Positions 37,906 through 48,829 of a stretch of 64,000 nt of DNA are shown piece by piece. The notes under the pieces are model-generated. The model was given only the letters and a program-made list of their open reading frames with translations, was not told the origin of the DNA and did not search any database. A program made the translations under genes and the position numbers. The stretch is from Glaucostegus cemiculus (taxonomy: Eukaryota), in the NCBI GenBank assembly GCA_976551045.1, contig CDPCPM010000114.1, forward strand, positions 21,080,001 through 21,144,000, read 5' to 3'. Positions within the stretch are counted from its first letter, which is position 1, and each line of letters begins with the position of its first letter.

Positions 37906-38545
37906 CAAAGTCAAAGTCAAGTTTATTGTCATATGCATAAGAACATGTATACACAGGTGCAATGAAAAACTTACTTGCAGCAGCATCACAGGCACATAGC
38001 ATCAGATAAGCAGCATTCACAAGAAAACCATCACTTAACATAAATTACACACAATTTTTACAAGAAAGAACAGAATTAGAACAAAAAATCAAAGTCCACT
38101 CTAGTACAAAATGATCATAGCATTGCTTTTACCCTGTACTATCTCAATGCACCGTGTAATGAATTGATCTGTGTGAACGGTATGCAAGACAAGTTTTTCA
38201 CTGTACTTCGGTACAAGTGACAATAATAAACCAATATCCAATACCCTGAGGTAGTGATTAGGGTTGCGCAGGTTGGTTCAAGAACCGAATGGTTGAAGGA
38301 AGTAGCTGTTCTTGAACCTGGTGGTGTGGGACTTCAGGGGGCTTCTATACCTACTGCCCGATGGTAGCTGTGAGAAGATGGAATGGTCCGGATGGTGGGG
38401 ATCTTTGATGATGGATGTTGCCTCCTGTAAATACTACCGATAGTGGGGAGGGATGTGCCCATGATATATTGGGCAGAGTCCACTACTCTCTGCAGCTTCT
38501 TACATTGCTGCACATTTGAATTGCTGTACCAGACCATGATGCAAC
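37906..38545 (-). mobile_element. Rex1/Babar 3' fragment with (TTTGAC)n tail, interrupted at ~38137-38241 by a plus-strand Rex 3' end
   Basis: Peptide CKKLQRVVDSAQYIMGTSLPTI; TACCCTG at 38130-38136 and 38242-38248. Confidence 0.75.
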
Positions 38546-39074
38546 CTCCACCATCTGCAGATGACCTATCAACAGGCACTGCCGTCACAGAGCAGAAAGA
38601 ACTAACCCAGAAGCCGTGTTCAGGGTTGGTGTCTTGGGACCAGTCTCGGACTCCCAGCTACATGACCTAAAATGCTGACTTGCCTGCCTGCCTCGCTGGA
38701 GATCGGAGTGCAGCCACTTCTTAAAGCGCCTGGCTAATTACATCCTTGACTTGACATTGCTTTGTTCTGTGCAAAAGGAATAGCAGCAAAGGAATGCCAA
38801 GTATTCATCTACTGAACTCAGTTACCTCAGTCCTTCCTCTTCCTGAAGGGTAAAGGACACATGCCAGGGAAAAGAATGTGAATTTATATAGACCCCCCTT
38901 CACAACCTCACGAAGTCTGGAGACAAATGACAGCAAATGAACACCTTTTCACAGTTCAGTCTCTGTGCTCATTTAGAAAGCACAGCAGACAGCCACCCGA
39001 TGGTGACAGGATAATCTGGAGCACTGAGGGATAACTGCACTGCAGGGCATGAGGTGGGGGGGGAAATCACTGTT

Positions 39075-39375
39075 CAGGGGCACGGACAGACTGAGAGGCA
39101 GGCAGCTCAGGGACAGGATCTGGGTGAGAGGCAGGCGGCTCGGAGAGGGCAGGGGCCGATGACACAGAGACAGGGCAGGGATACAGGGCATGGAGAAAGG
39201 GTGGGGGGGGGGCTCAGACAGTACAGAGACAGGGGGCAAACATCATGGACACGGGGTGGGGCACAGAGACAGGTGGGGGGTGGGGCAGATGGCTCAGAAA
39301 CAGGGTGGGGGTACAGACAGCTCAGGGACACAGTAGGATGGAGAGCTAGCAGCTCAGAGACAGGAACAGGACTGG
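39075..39375 (+). repeat. Degenerate G/A-rich minisatellite (gggcacagagacag / ggctcagagacag units)
   Basis: Recurring ~13-20 bp units with G runs. Confidence 0.65.
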
Positions 39376-39639
39376 ACGCTGCACTCTCCAGGGGAGGTCA
39401 CTATAATGGTCCTTCCCATCTGGACATCTGAAACATTTGCCCAGGACACCACAGAACGCAACTTCCCTGCACAATGTGTTGTGACTGAGAGCTGGTTCTT
39501 TCAGAGATGTGCGGCTTTGCATGTAACACTGAGAAGCTTAAAACAAAATGCAAATAAATGCAAACTGTGATGTACAATCCCCTCAATTTAAAAACACCCA
39601 TGTTAAAAAAATGGGATGTTCCTCATGTTTCCTTATGAA

Positions 39640-39878
39640 CTGAAGGAGACCATTCAGCCCACTGAGTTGATGCTGGCTCTCAGAGGAAACATCAGTCCCC
39701 TTCCCCCATTTGTCCCTGTTCAACACATTCTCTCTCTTTACCTCCAGCCTGATTCACCTCCCTCTCACCCAGGGTAATTTACAACAGCCACTTAACCTAT
39801 CAGCACATCTTTGGAATGTGGGAGGAAACCAGAGCACCCAGAATAAACCCACACAGTCACAGGGAAAACAGGCAAACT

Positions 39879-39949
<71 letters not shown>

Positions 39950-40025
39950 GCCAGAGGTCAGGATCAAACCCGGGTCACTAGTGCTGAGAGGCAGCAGCAG
40001 CACCACCTGCTGTCCTACTGTGCCT
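39640..40025 (-). mobile_element. V-SINE containing an expanded (CA)34 microsatellite (39880-39947)
   Basis: ggaggaaaccagagcacccag...gcaaactc(CA)n gtgccagaggtcaggatcaaacccggg. Confidence 0.85.
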
Positions 40026-41097
40026 GATTGGCCTTTGATTCAGGAAAGTACTTTCTTGAACAAACACCACACGCTGATAAAATGTTGGCTTTAGTAAATT
40101 AGTGAAAATGTTCTTGGATGAGCTGGCCCAGTTGTTGTTCAATCAGTCATGTCTCTGACCTTTCGTCCTTCTCCAAGTCATCTAAATGGCGCAACTCCTC
40201 CACCCTGCCAGATCAGTTGGGGCTTCGGTACTTCTGGGGGCTGCTCAGTTCTCCCAAAGGCTCTACCTCCTCCCTCCCCCTCAAGGCTCCTGCCATGTGT
40301 TCCAAATGCCAGCGTTCCTTCTGAACTGACAGCAGTGGGAGGCCAGGTCACCACTGCCTCAATGCGGCACTCCCACTGTGAAGTTCAGGCATCTGACCTT
40401 GAATGAAAACCGTGGGCTTTGCCCGCACTCAAACACTTGCTCTCCCAGCACAGCCATCTCCCCTGCTGCTTTGCTTTACACAATGTACCACATGCCACGG
40501 GGATATTGCTGAAGCATCACGCCTGTGTTAATCAGTGAGAACCTATTTTGAAAACAATATTGCCTTTGTGAATTTATTTCCCAACACCTTCACATGGCTC
40601 AAACTCCCTGTTTCCATAGATGTTCCTCACCCTTTCCTGTGGTTGTTCTTGACAGTGCAGGTCAGTGCAATAGCGTCTCCATCCAGTTTAGTGACAGGAG
40701 CCCCTCGAGACGATCTCACCTTGGTCCCACAGCCCATCAATTCCTCTCCTTCATAAAAATCAATTTCCATACTGAAATGTTCAACTCACCCCAGTCTCAA
40801 CAGCTTTCAGAGCTGGTGGGGTGGTGGTGGTGGGGTAAAGTAACAGATCTATTTCCAACAAATTGCTTCCCGACATCACCTAGAGCAGGGTTGGCTTAAT
40901 TTTCAGCATCTGCCTCCCGTACTATTGGGGGCGCTGTCTTTCAGGTGAGGTATTAAAATCAAAATCCTGCCAGCTCTTTGACATAAAAGATCCTACTGCA
41001 CTCTCTTGGACAACATTTGACCCTCCAGATAAACAGTCTCAACCTGAAACATCATCTGTCCATTCCCCTCCATAAATGTTGCCTGACCCGCTGAGTT

Positions 41098-41865
41098 ACA
41101 TAGAACACTACAGCACAGTACAGGCCCTTTGGCCCACAATGTTATGCTGACATTTTATCCTGCTCTAAGATCCATCTAACCCTTTCTTCCCACATAGCCC
41201 CATATTTTTCTATCATTCATGTGTCTATCTATGAGTCTCTTAAATGTCCCTAATGTTTCTGCCCCCAAAACCTCTGCAAGCAGTGTGTTCCACACACCCA
41301 CCACTCTCTGTATAAAAAACTTATCCCTGACATCCCCCTTATACCTTCCTCTAATCACCTTAAAATTATGCCCCCACATGTGAGCCATTGTCACCCTGGG
41401 AAAAAGTATCTGACTGTCCACTCGATCTATGCCTCTTATCATCTTGTACACCTCTATCAAGTCCCCTCTCATCCTCCTTTTCTCCAAAGAGAAAAGCACT
41501 AGCTCAATCAACCTATCCTCATAAGACATGCTCTCCAATCCAGGCAACATCCTGGTAAATCTCCTCTGCACCCTCTCTAAAGCTTCCACATCCTTTCTAT
41601 AATGAGGCGACCAGAACTGAAAGTGGTACTCAAAGTATGGTCAGACCAGAGTTCTACAGAGCTGCAACATTACCTTGTGGCTCTTGAACTCAATACCTCG
41701 ACTAATGAAGGCCAACACTCCATACACCTTCTTAACAACACTATCGACCTGTGTGGCAACCTTGAGGGATCTATGGACATGGACCCCAAGATCCCTCTGC
41801 TTCACCTCACTGCTAAGAGTCCTGCCATTAACCTTGTATTCTGCCTTCAAATTCGATCTCCTCCA
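41098..41865 (-). mobile_element. CR1 LINE 3' fragment nested in a Penelope end inside a DeuSINE (~40930-42090)
   Basis: Peptides ALERVQRRFTRMLPGL...RGDLIEVYKMIRGIDRVD and QRDLGVHVHRSLKVATQVD. Confidence 0.88.
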
Positions 41866-42949
41866 ATGATCTCTTCATTCAAGTTCCTCCAACGCCTTTT
41901 GTGTTAAGACCCTCCAGTGACAACCAAAGTAGGTTATCTGATCATATTGAATTGCTACTGGTAGGGGTTTCCTGTTTGCAAATTAGATATTTCCTATATT
42001 CCAACAGTGATCACATTACAATAGTCCATTGTTGGCTGTCAAATACTTTGGGACTTGAGGTTATGAAAGGTACAAGTCTCTCTTTTTCCCTCTGCTTTCC
42101 ATAAGGTGTTCAGCCCTCACTAGAGTACAGTTCATTGAAAAGCACACACTCAGAGATCATTAGTTGATCCTCAAATAGTGTTTCGAAACACATTTGTCAG
42201 CAAATGTTTGTGGACGTTTCAGGCGTCGTCAAATGCAATGAATTATTGGCAAATGTCCTTTCTCCACAGAAAAAATTAGAGATCATTTCAAAAGATTACA
42301 CAAAAATCAAGTGCAAACCCCGGAGGCTATAGCACTGGGTACATAAATAGCCTGGAAAGTAACAGATTCAAAATAATTGTGTCAAAGTGTTGTTATTCAT
42401 CAAATGTACCCCTAAGGAACAATAGGTGGAAGAATATTTTTTGGTAATGGTACACTTTTGGGACGAAGGCACTGGTGGCAAGGTTGATATTTATTGGCCA
42501 TGCCTGGTTATCCTTTGGTGGTGGTAGGCTGTCTTCTTGAATATGTGAAGTTCATTGAAGATGCTCCCATAGTACTACAAGAAATCACATTCTAATCCAG
42601 TCACAATCTTTGTACAAGGGACGGGAGTGAACCTAATGTTCCCACTTCCTACAGATCTGCAATGCTGTTTCCAAATAGCTTCACTACATAGTTCACAATG
42701 TGAAACCCAAGTTGAGAACTGTTCCTTCAGGTAATACAATATTGAGCACTTCATTTAGGATCTATTCCACAATAATAATAGCAACTCAGCACACTGTCCA
42801 TGAATGATTTACGAGAAGGCCCAAAAGAAAGCAGGGCCTTTCAAAAAGTAATCAACTGAAAGAAAGGAAAACTCGAAACCAACACCTCAACACTTCAGTG
42901 AGCCTGTGCACTAAATCTGCAGAGGCTGGGTTGATTACCAAGCCACTAC

Positions 42950-43610
42950 TAAGGCATGTACTTGCATTAATGTAGCACCTGCCTCAACCTCAGACATCTC
43001 TAGGCAATGTACAACCAATGAGGGTCTTTAGGCTAGTCACTGGTGTGATGCTGCAACCACAGTAACTTATCAGTCCACAAACAACATGGCAATAGTTGGG
43101 TCATTCATTCAATGATGTCGAGTAAGAAATAAGTTGTGCTCGTGAATCAAAGGGAACACCCTGCTCTCCTTCAAAATAATGTCACGGGATGGTTTAATAC
43201 TAACACTGCATCTAAAAGCTGGCACCTCTATCAATACAGTATCCCTCAGAAATGTCCAGGAACTGTCAGTCTAAACTATGTCCTCAAGTCTCTGGAGTCA
43301 GACTTGAACTTATGATCTTTTCTCCCTCAGGAGGAGCTTTAATATCCCATGAGGCTACTTTGAAGCAGCACTGTATATCATTGTCAATACCCCAGCCAAT
43401 GTTAACCTCCCAGTCTCCATTACTAAAACAGATTACCTGGTCTCCAACACATTTGTGTTTATGGGAGCTTAGTGGGCACCAGCGGGTTATTGTGTTTCCC
43501 ACGTTATAATGCCCTCTATATTTCAAAAGTACTGCATTAGCAGTAAGGTGCTTGGACCATCCAGAAACAGACATGAAAAATACATAATAAACATAAGGCC
43601 TTTTGCCTCA
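42950..43610. mobile_element. Two opposed DeuSINE remnants
   Basis: Minus copy ~42950-43330 and plus copy ~43340-43610 (atcccatgaggctactttgaagcag...ctaaaacagattacctggtc). Confidence 0.55.
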
Positions 43611-44125
43611 GCAACATGTTGCGTAAAAAAATCGTTCCCTTCCTCTCCCCTCTAGTTCTTTTGCCAACGATCTTAAATTTTTGCTAGGTCGCTGACCCAA
43701 AAAATAAGTAGTTGAGAAGAAGTTTCTCCTTATTCAAAACATTTATGATAATTACATCTCTAGAACAAAATCCCCCTCTCCTTCCTTATTCTAACCCTAT
43801 CCTCCACAAACATTCCACACCATTTTGTGGAATGGTTTTCCAAGTTTCATTTCCCACAATATCCATTTCTCACCAGAAAGGAATTACGTTTGTTTTAGAA
43901 CTACAGTTGTGGCAGAGCTTAAAATATCAGTCCCAAATTCAGAAACTGAAGTTGAAAACTTGAAGATTCCCCGGAGTTTTGGAACCATAAAATTGACATT
44001 CCACCTGGTGACTGGTTCCAGGAGTTTCCACTTTTAACTCATCCTCCACCCCTGCACCCAGGACTGTTTAAAGTGAGCAGTGCCAGTGTGCAGGTCATTC
44101 CCTTGGGCTTCGTTTCATGCCTCAC

Positions 44126-44277
44126 CTCCTCACCACCATCTTCAGCGACCTGTGCGATCCTTTCACAAGGCAGATTGCCTCTTGCCTGAAGCCAGTCAGG
44201 ACCACGTCGTTGATGCTAACCAGCTCATCTCCAACCTGAAGCTTTCCCAACGCTGCCGCTTTGCTTCCTTCCTCAAT
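44126..44277 (-). CDS. shroom2: Internal coding exon of a Shroom-family gene (C-terminal half of the PDZ domain), best resembling SHROOM2 exon 2
   Basis: Minus strand: pyrimidine-rich acceptor ...tctttctttaatttcatcacag, then ATT GAG GAA GGA..., translating [50 protein letters not shown](R), then donor AG|GTGAGG (phase 0 in, phase 2 out). The motifs IEEGSKAAA and [14 protein letters not shown] match SHROOM2 as I recall it better than SHROOM3 or SHROOM4. Confidence 0.9.
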
Positions 44278-45239
44278 CTGTGATGAAATTAAAGAAAGAG
44301 AATGAGCGAGCAAAGAATTTCACCTCTCCTCAAACCAGTTTACTTGTCCCAAACTAGAGATCTATTTCCTGAAAGGCTATTGATAAACAATTTATAAGCA
44401 ATTTTCAAAATGGAATTAGATAAAAACCATAAGGCAGCACAACAGGTGCCCTTACTGAGGTGCCGTTACTGAATGAGCTGGCTGCCTCATTTGGAGCATC
44501 TCTTGCTGTGGTGTTTGTCTGTCTGTCTGTCTGTCTCTCACTACAATTCACTTACGGTTTAATGCAGTAAATTTAAAGTCTAGCCATTATGTTGGAAATG
44601 TGGCAAATAATTTAAGCACAGCAAGCTCCCACAAACAGCCATGAGAAATGGAACCGGGTAATCTGTTTTTGCCAGTGGTGGCTGTGAGATATTATTCAGG
44701 AAACTAGGACAACTCCATGGCTCTTTGAAATAATTCCATGGGAGAGCAGCTAGTGCAGCCATGAGGAATGCCATACTATGGAAGGTGTAATGGTGGCACA
44801 GCACAGCATTCCTCATTACTGCACGGAAACATCAGGGAAGATCACAAGGTCATATTGTGAAGAGAAGGCCATTATTTGCCTCTAAGCCAATGTTATTAAA
44901 ACAGATGGTTTGCTCATTGTTGTATTACTGTTGTAGAGATTTGCAGTGCGCAGAAGGTTACTGCATTTACCACATGACTGACAGCTCTTCAAAGTATGTT
45001 TCATTGGCTGTAAAGTGCTTAGTGACTCCCTCATGTCATGAAAGGGGATTATACAAACACACACACACTATCATTTCACTCTGTTAATATGGTGATAGAC
45101 ATCAGGAGGAAGCAGGAGATATGAAAGGACGTTTATACTCGGATTTACTTTATTTTCCCAAGTCCAACATCATGAAGCAAATAGAGAGATGGAAATACTT
45201 TTGGCTCAGGTGGGATCTGCAGCTTCCCTATCATAAAGT

Positions 45240-45585
45240 CATTGAGAGAATACAGCACAAAAACAGGTCCTTCGGCCCATCAAGTCTATGCCGGCAATCA
45301 ACCGCCCTATTTTCACTGATCCTACATTATTCCCATTTTTCTTGTTCTGCCCACATTCCCATAAGATCCTACCACTCACCTACACTAGGGTCGATTTACA
45401 GTGGCTTATTAACCCACCAACCAGCACATCTTTGGGTTGTGGGAGGAAACTGAAGCACCTGGAGGAAACCCACTCAGTCACAGGGAGAACACACAAACTC
45501 CACACAGACAGCACTGAAGGTGATGAATGAAGCAAGGTGCCTGGAACTGTGAGGAAGCCGCCCTACAAGCTGTATTACTGTGCTG
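45240..45585 (-). mobile_element. HE1-like V-SINE
   Basis: tctttgggttgtgggaggaaactgaagcacctggaggaaacccac...aaactccacacagacagcac. Confidence 0.8.
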
Positions 45586-46378
45586 CTCTCAGTATAGGTT
45601 TAGTGTACTCAGTTCTTCCTCAGACAGCAAGCCACCACCCCTGGAACCAGTCTACGAATCTTTGCTGTACATTCTCTCTGGCAAATACATTCTATTTCAG
45701 AGAATGAGATAGCCCCCTTATCCAAGTTCCAACCACTCCAACCAGTTGGAGCCTCTCACATCCAGCCTCTCCAAATTAATTGTTTTAAAAAGGCCACCCT
45801 CTCATCCTTTCACCTACTTCAGCTCTTCAGTTTCTCTGGAACCACAAGGTCCGAGACAGACACAGGAAGTGCTGGATTTCTCCAGCACCTTTCCCAACCT
45901 CAGAAAAATATCTCAAAGTACTTTAGGGCCCATGAATCATTTAAACATTGTGGAAAAACACAGCAACCAACTTGTTAATAATGTTCATAGAATCAAAGGA
46001 ATTTTACAACAGAGGAAGGCCATTTGGCCCTTCTTGTTTGTGCTAGTCATAGATGACAGGCGGGGCCTAATCCCAGCATTAAGCCAGTAGCCGTGCAGGT
46101 CATGGCTCTTCAAGGAGACATCCTGGCACCCTTCAAATGTGGTGAGGGTTTCTGCCAATACTAGCCTACAGGCCGACAGTTCCAGACTTCCACCACCATC
46201 AGTACAAAAGATTTCCTTTCCTTATCTGCCCTGTAATCCTCGACGAATTACTTAAGCCCCACCACTTTGATTTTTGACCCTTTATCAGAACCGAGAGAAA
46301 GAGAAGAACAAATTAGTCTAGTTCACGTTGACCTTGACCACCTTGCTTCTCTCTGCTACCTCGACTAACTTGTTTCTC

Positions 46379-46415
46379 AGATCTGATGAAGGGGCCCGAA
46401 CCTGAAACGTTAACT
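46379..46415 (+). ncRNA. Minimal hammerhead ribozyme motif with intact catalytic core, in a Penelope-derived end (to ~46480)
   Basis: agat CTGATGA AGG ggcccgaa CCT GAAAC GTT aact: all core nucleotides present, stem II AGG/CCT, palindromic ACGT stem III, GUU cleavage triplet, stem I pairs 3 of 4. Confidence 0.7.
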
Positions 46416-47036
46416 CCTTCTCTCTCCACAGATGCTGCCTGACCCACCGAGTGTTTCCAGGACTTTCTGTTTTTATTCCAGGCCTCCTTCAATGTTGTGA
46501 GAAAATACGAGCAAAATATAACACGCGAGGTTGAGGCTATGTGCTGATCTGAGGACAGCAGTGGAAAGATGGCTTTGAGGAGCTGGGGTGATTGGAAGAA
46601 TCCGCAATCCTAATGGACATGGGCAAAGAACCAGAGTGACCCCTCACATCCATGAATTGGAATCCTACTAACAGGCTCAGAGAAGAAGAAAACAGGAAGG
46701 ATTTGGTTAAATTGGAATCTGGGGAATTTGATTCAACATTGTATGTTCAAATCAAGTTAGCTAAGAAATGAGGAAGAAAAAACTTCAGCTACCCTCACGT
46801 TTCACAAAAGCTGAAAGGAGGAAATGAAGTTTTAAATAGAAGTGCTATTGACTGCTAATGGTTTTGTTTCACAGCCTGTTCATTGTGACTAATTATAACC
46901 AGTCTCCTCAAAGGGCTACTTCCATTACTAACACACTTTTCCTGTGGGATAGCAACTAATTCCCTGTACAAAGCAGGGTCCAACCCCAATTGTGGAGGCC
47001 TACCTTATAAACAAACCTCTTCAAGGCTCAAGAGAA

Positions 47037-47250
47037 TCACTGCTTTAGCTGGAAGTATGGTTTGGGTCCCTGGATGGTGGGAAGGGAAGAGGTGGGAAGG
47101 GAAGAGGTGGGAAGGGAAGAGGTGGGAAGGGAAGAGGTGAAAGGGCAGGTGTTGCACTTCCTGCGGTTGTGCAGGAAAGCTCTCTCAGAAGGGGAGTGGA
47201 TGGTGGAGAAAGAAGAGTGGATCAGGAGCTCACAAAGGAATAATGAAAGA
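47037..47250 (-). mobile_element. Penelope-like element ORF remnant with internal 15-bp tandem expansion
   Basis: Peptide NRRKCNTCPFTSSLPTIQGPK..FQLKQ (Cys motif upstream of the GIY-YIG domain); (GGTGGGAAGGGAAGA)x4 at 47076-47135. Confidence 0.75.
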
Positions 47251-47476
47251 GAAGGGAAAGATACATATGATGGTAGAATATATGACAAGCCCACTTTGTC
47301 TCAAAAACTGAAGCACTGCTTTCAGAAGATGCCCTTACTGACAGTGCTGTACTCCCACAGTAGTGCATAGGAACATCAAGAAGGGAGTCCGCTTTACAGT
47401 CCACAAATACAAGTTTCTTCCTCTCCTAACATTGCAACACCTCCCCAAGATTCATTGCACAGAGGCTGGTGAATCT

Positions 47477-48157
47477 CAGAATCAGAATCAGAATCAGTTT
47501 TTATTGTCACAACCATATACATACATAGTATGCATAGGAGCGAGATACCATCCTCCTCAGGTGCTCGTCCCATAAAATAACATAACAACCAACAGAGACA
47601 CACATACACACTTGACAGAATAAACATTACAAAACATTAGACATTAAAAGCTACGGAAGTTAAAATTAAATTAGTACGCAGATTAAATTAAAAATGGCCG
47701 GTAAATAAATAAATAGTTCTTAAAGTGAACGGGCTGGTGTCGGGCATTTAAAGTGCTGGTGCATTTCTGTGCACCTAGCATCTCTTAGTGTTAACAAAGG
47801 AAGATGGAGGGATGAGAGAGTTTGCAGTTCTGATGGCTTGCGGAAAGAAGCTATTGTTCAGCCTGGTCGTTCTTGCCCTGATACATTTAAGCCTCCTCCC
47901 TGATGGCAAAATTGTGAAGAGGTGGTGGGAGGGGTGAGAAGGGTCGGCCATTATGCTTTTGGTCTTTCTCACACAACGGTCTTTGTATATGTCTGCGAGG
48001 AATGGAAGCGTGACACCTATGATCCACTCCGCAGCCCTAACTATCTTCTGGAGGGACTTCCGCCCAGCAGCTGAGCAGCTTCCAAACCAAACAGTGATAC
48101 ATTGAGTTAGGATGCTCTCAATGGTCCCCCTATAGAAGGTTTTCATGACGGAGGGAT
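47477..48157 (-). mobile_element. Young Rex1/Babar LINE 3' fragment nested in a CR1 3' fragment
   Basis: Near-identical to 26453-27825; host CR1 reads cagaggctggtgaatct|gtggaattctctgccccagag once the insert is removed; ATCT at 47473-47476 and 48156-48159. Confidence 0.9.
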
Positions 48158-48829
48158 CTGTGGAATTCTCTGCCCCAGAGAGTTGTGGAGGCCAGATCAT
48201 TGGGAGTGTTTAAAGATGAAGTGTCACAGAAGAGGAGTTGAAGCCTGGAGTAGATCAGCCATGATCATAGTGAATGACAGGGCAGGTTTGAGGGGCTGAA
48301 TGGCTTACTCCTGCTCCTATTAAGTTCTTATCTCACTCATGGTCATGATAAGTGGGTTATTATTGTCACATGTACCAGGATACAGTGAAAAGCTTTTGTT
48401 CGCATGCCATCCAGACAGATCATTCCACATATAAGCACATCAACCTAGTACAGAGGGGGAAAAAAACAGAATGCAGGATATAGTGTTACAGTTACAGAGA
48501 GAGTACAGTGCAGGCAAATACAGTGCAAGGACCACTACCAGGTAAACTGAGAGATCAAGAGTTCATCTTTAGCGTACAAGAGGTCTGTTCAAGAGTCTTA
48601 AAACAGCAGGATAGAAGCAGTCCTTTAGCCTGGTGGTATGTGTTCTCAAGCGTTTGTATCTTCTGCCTGATGGAAGGGGGGAGAAGAGAGAATGCATACA
48701 ACACAGAAATGCAGCAAAACAAAACTCCCACTGCTGCATCAGAAGCCAGTCATTCATCCTCCTCCAGCCTCTGTCTCCACTCAATGACACATGGTGACTC
48801 CATCACTCGGTCTGTCTTTGCCCCTCATT

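Noticed and set aside
40100-40450. Exon-like GC-balanced stretch on the minus strand
   Set aside because: The frames examined contain stops and there is no Shroom similarity
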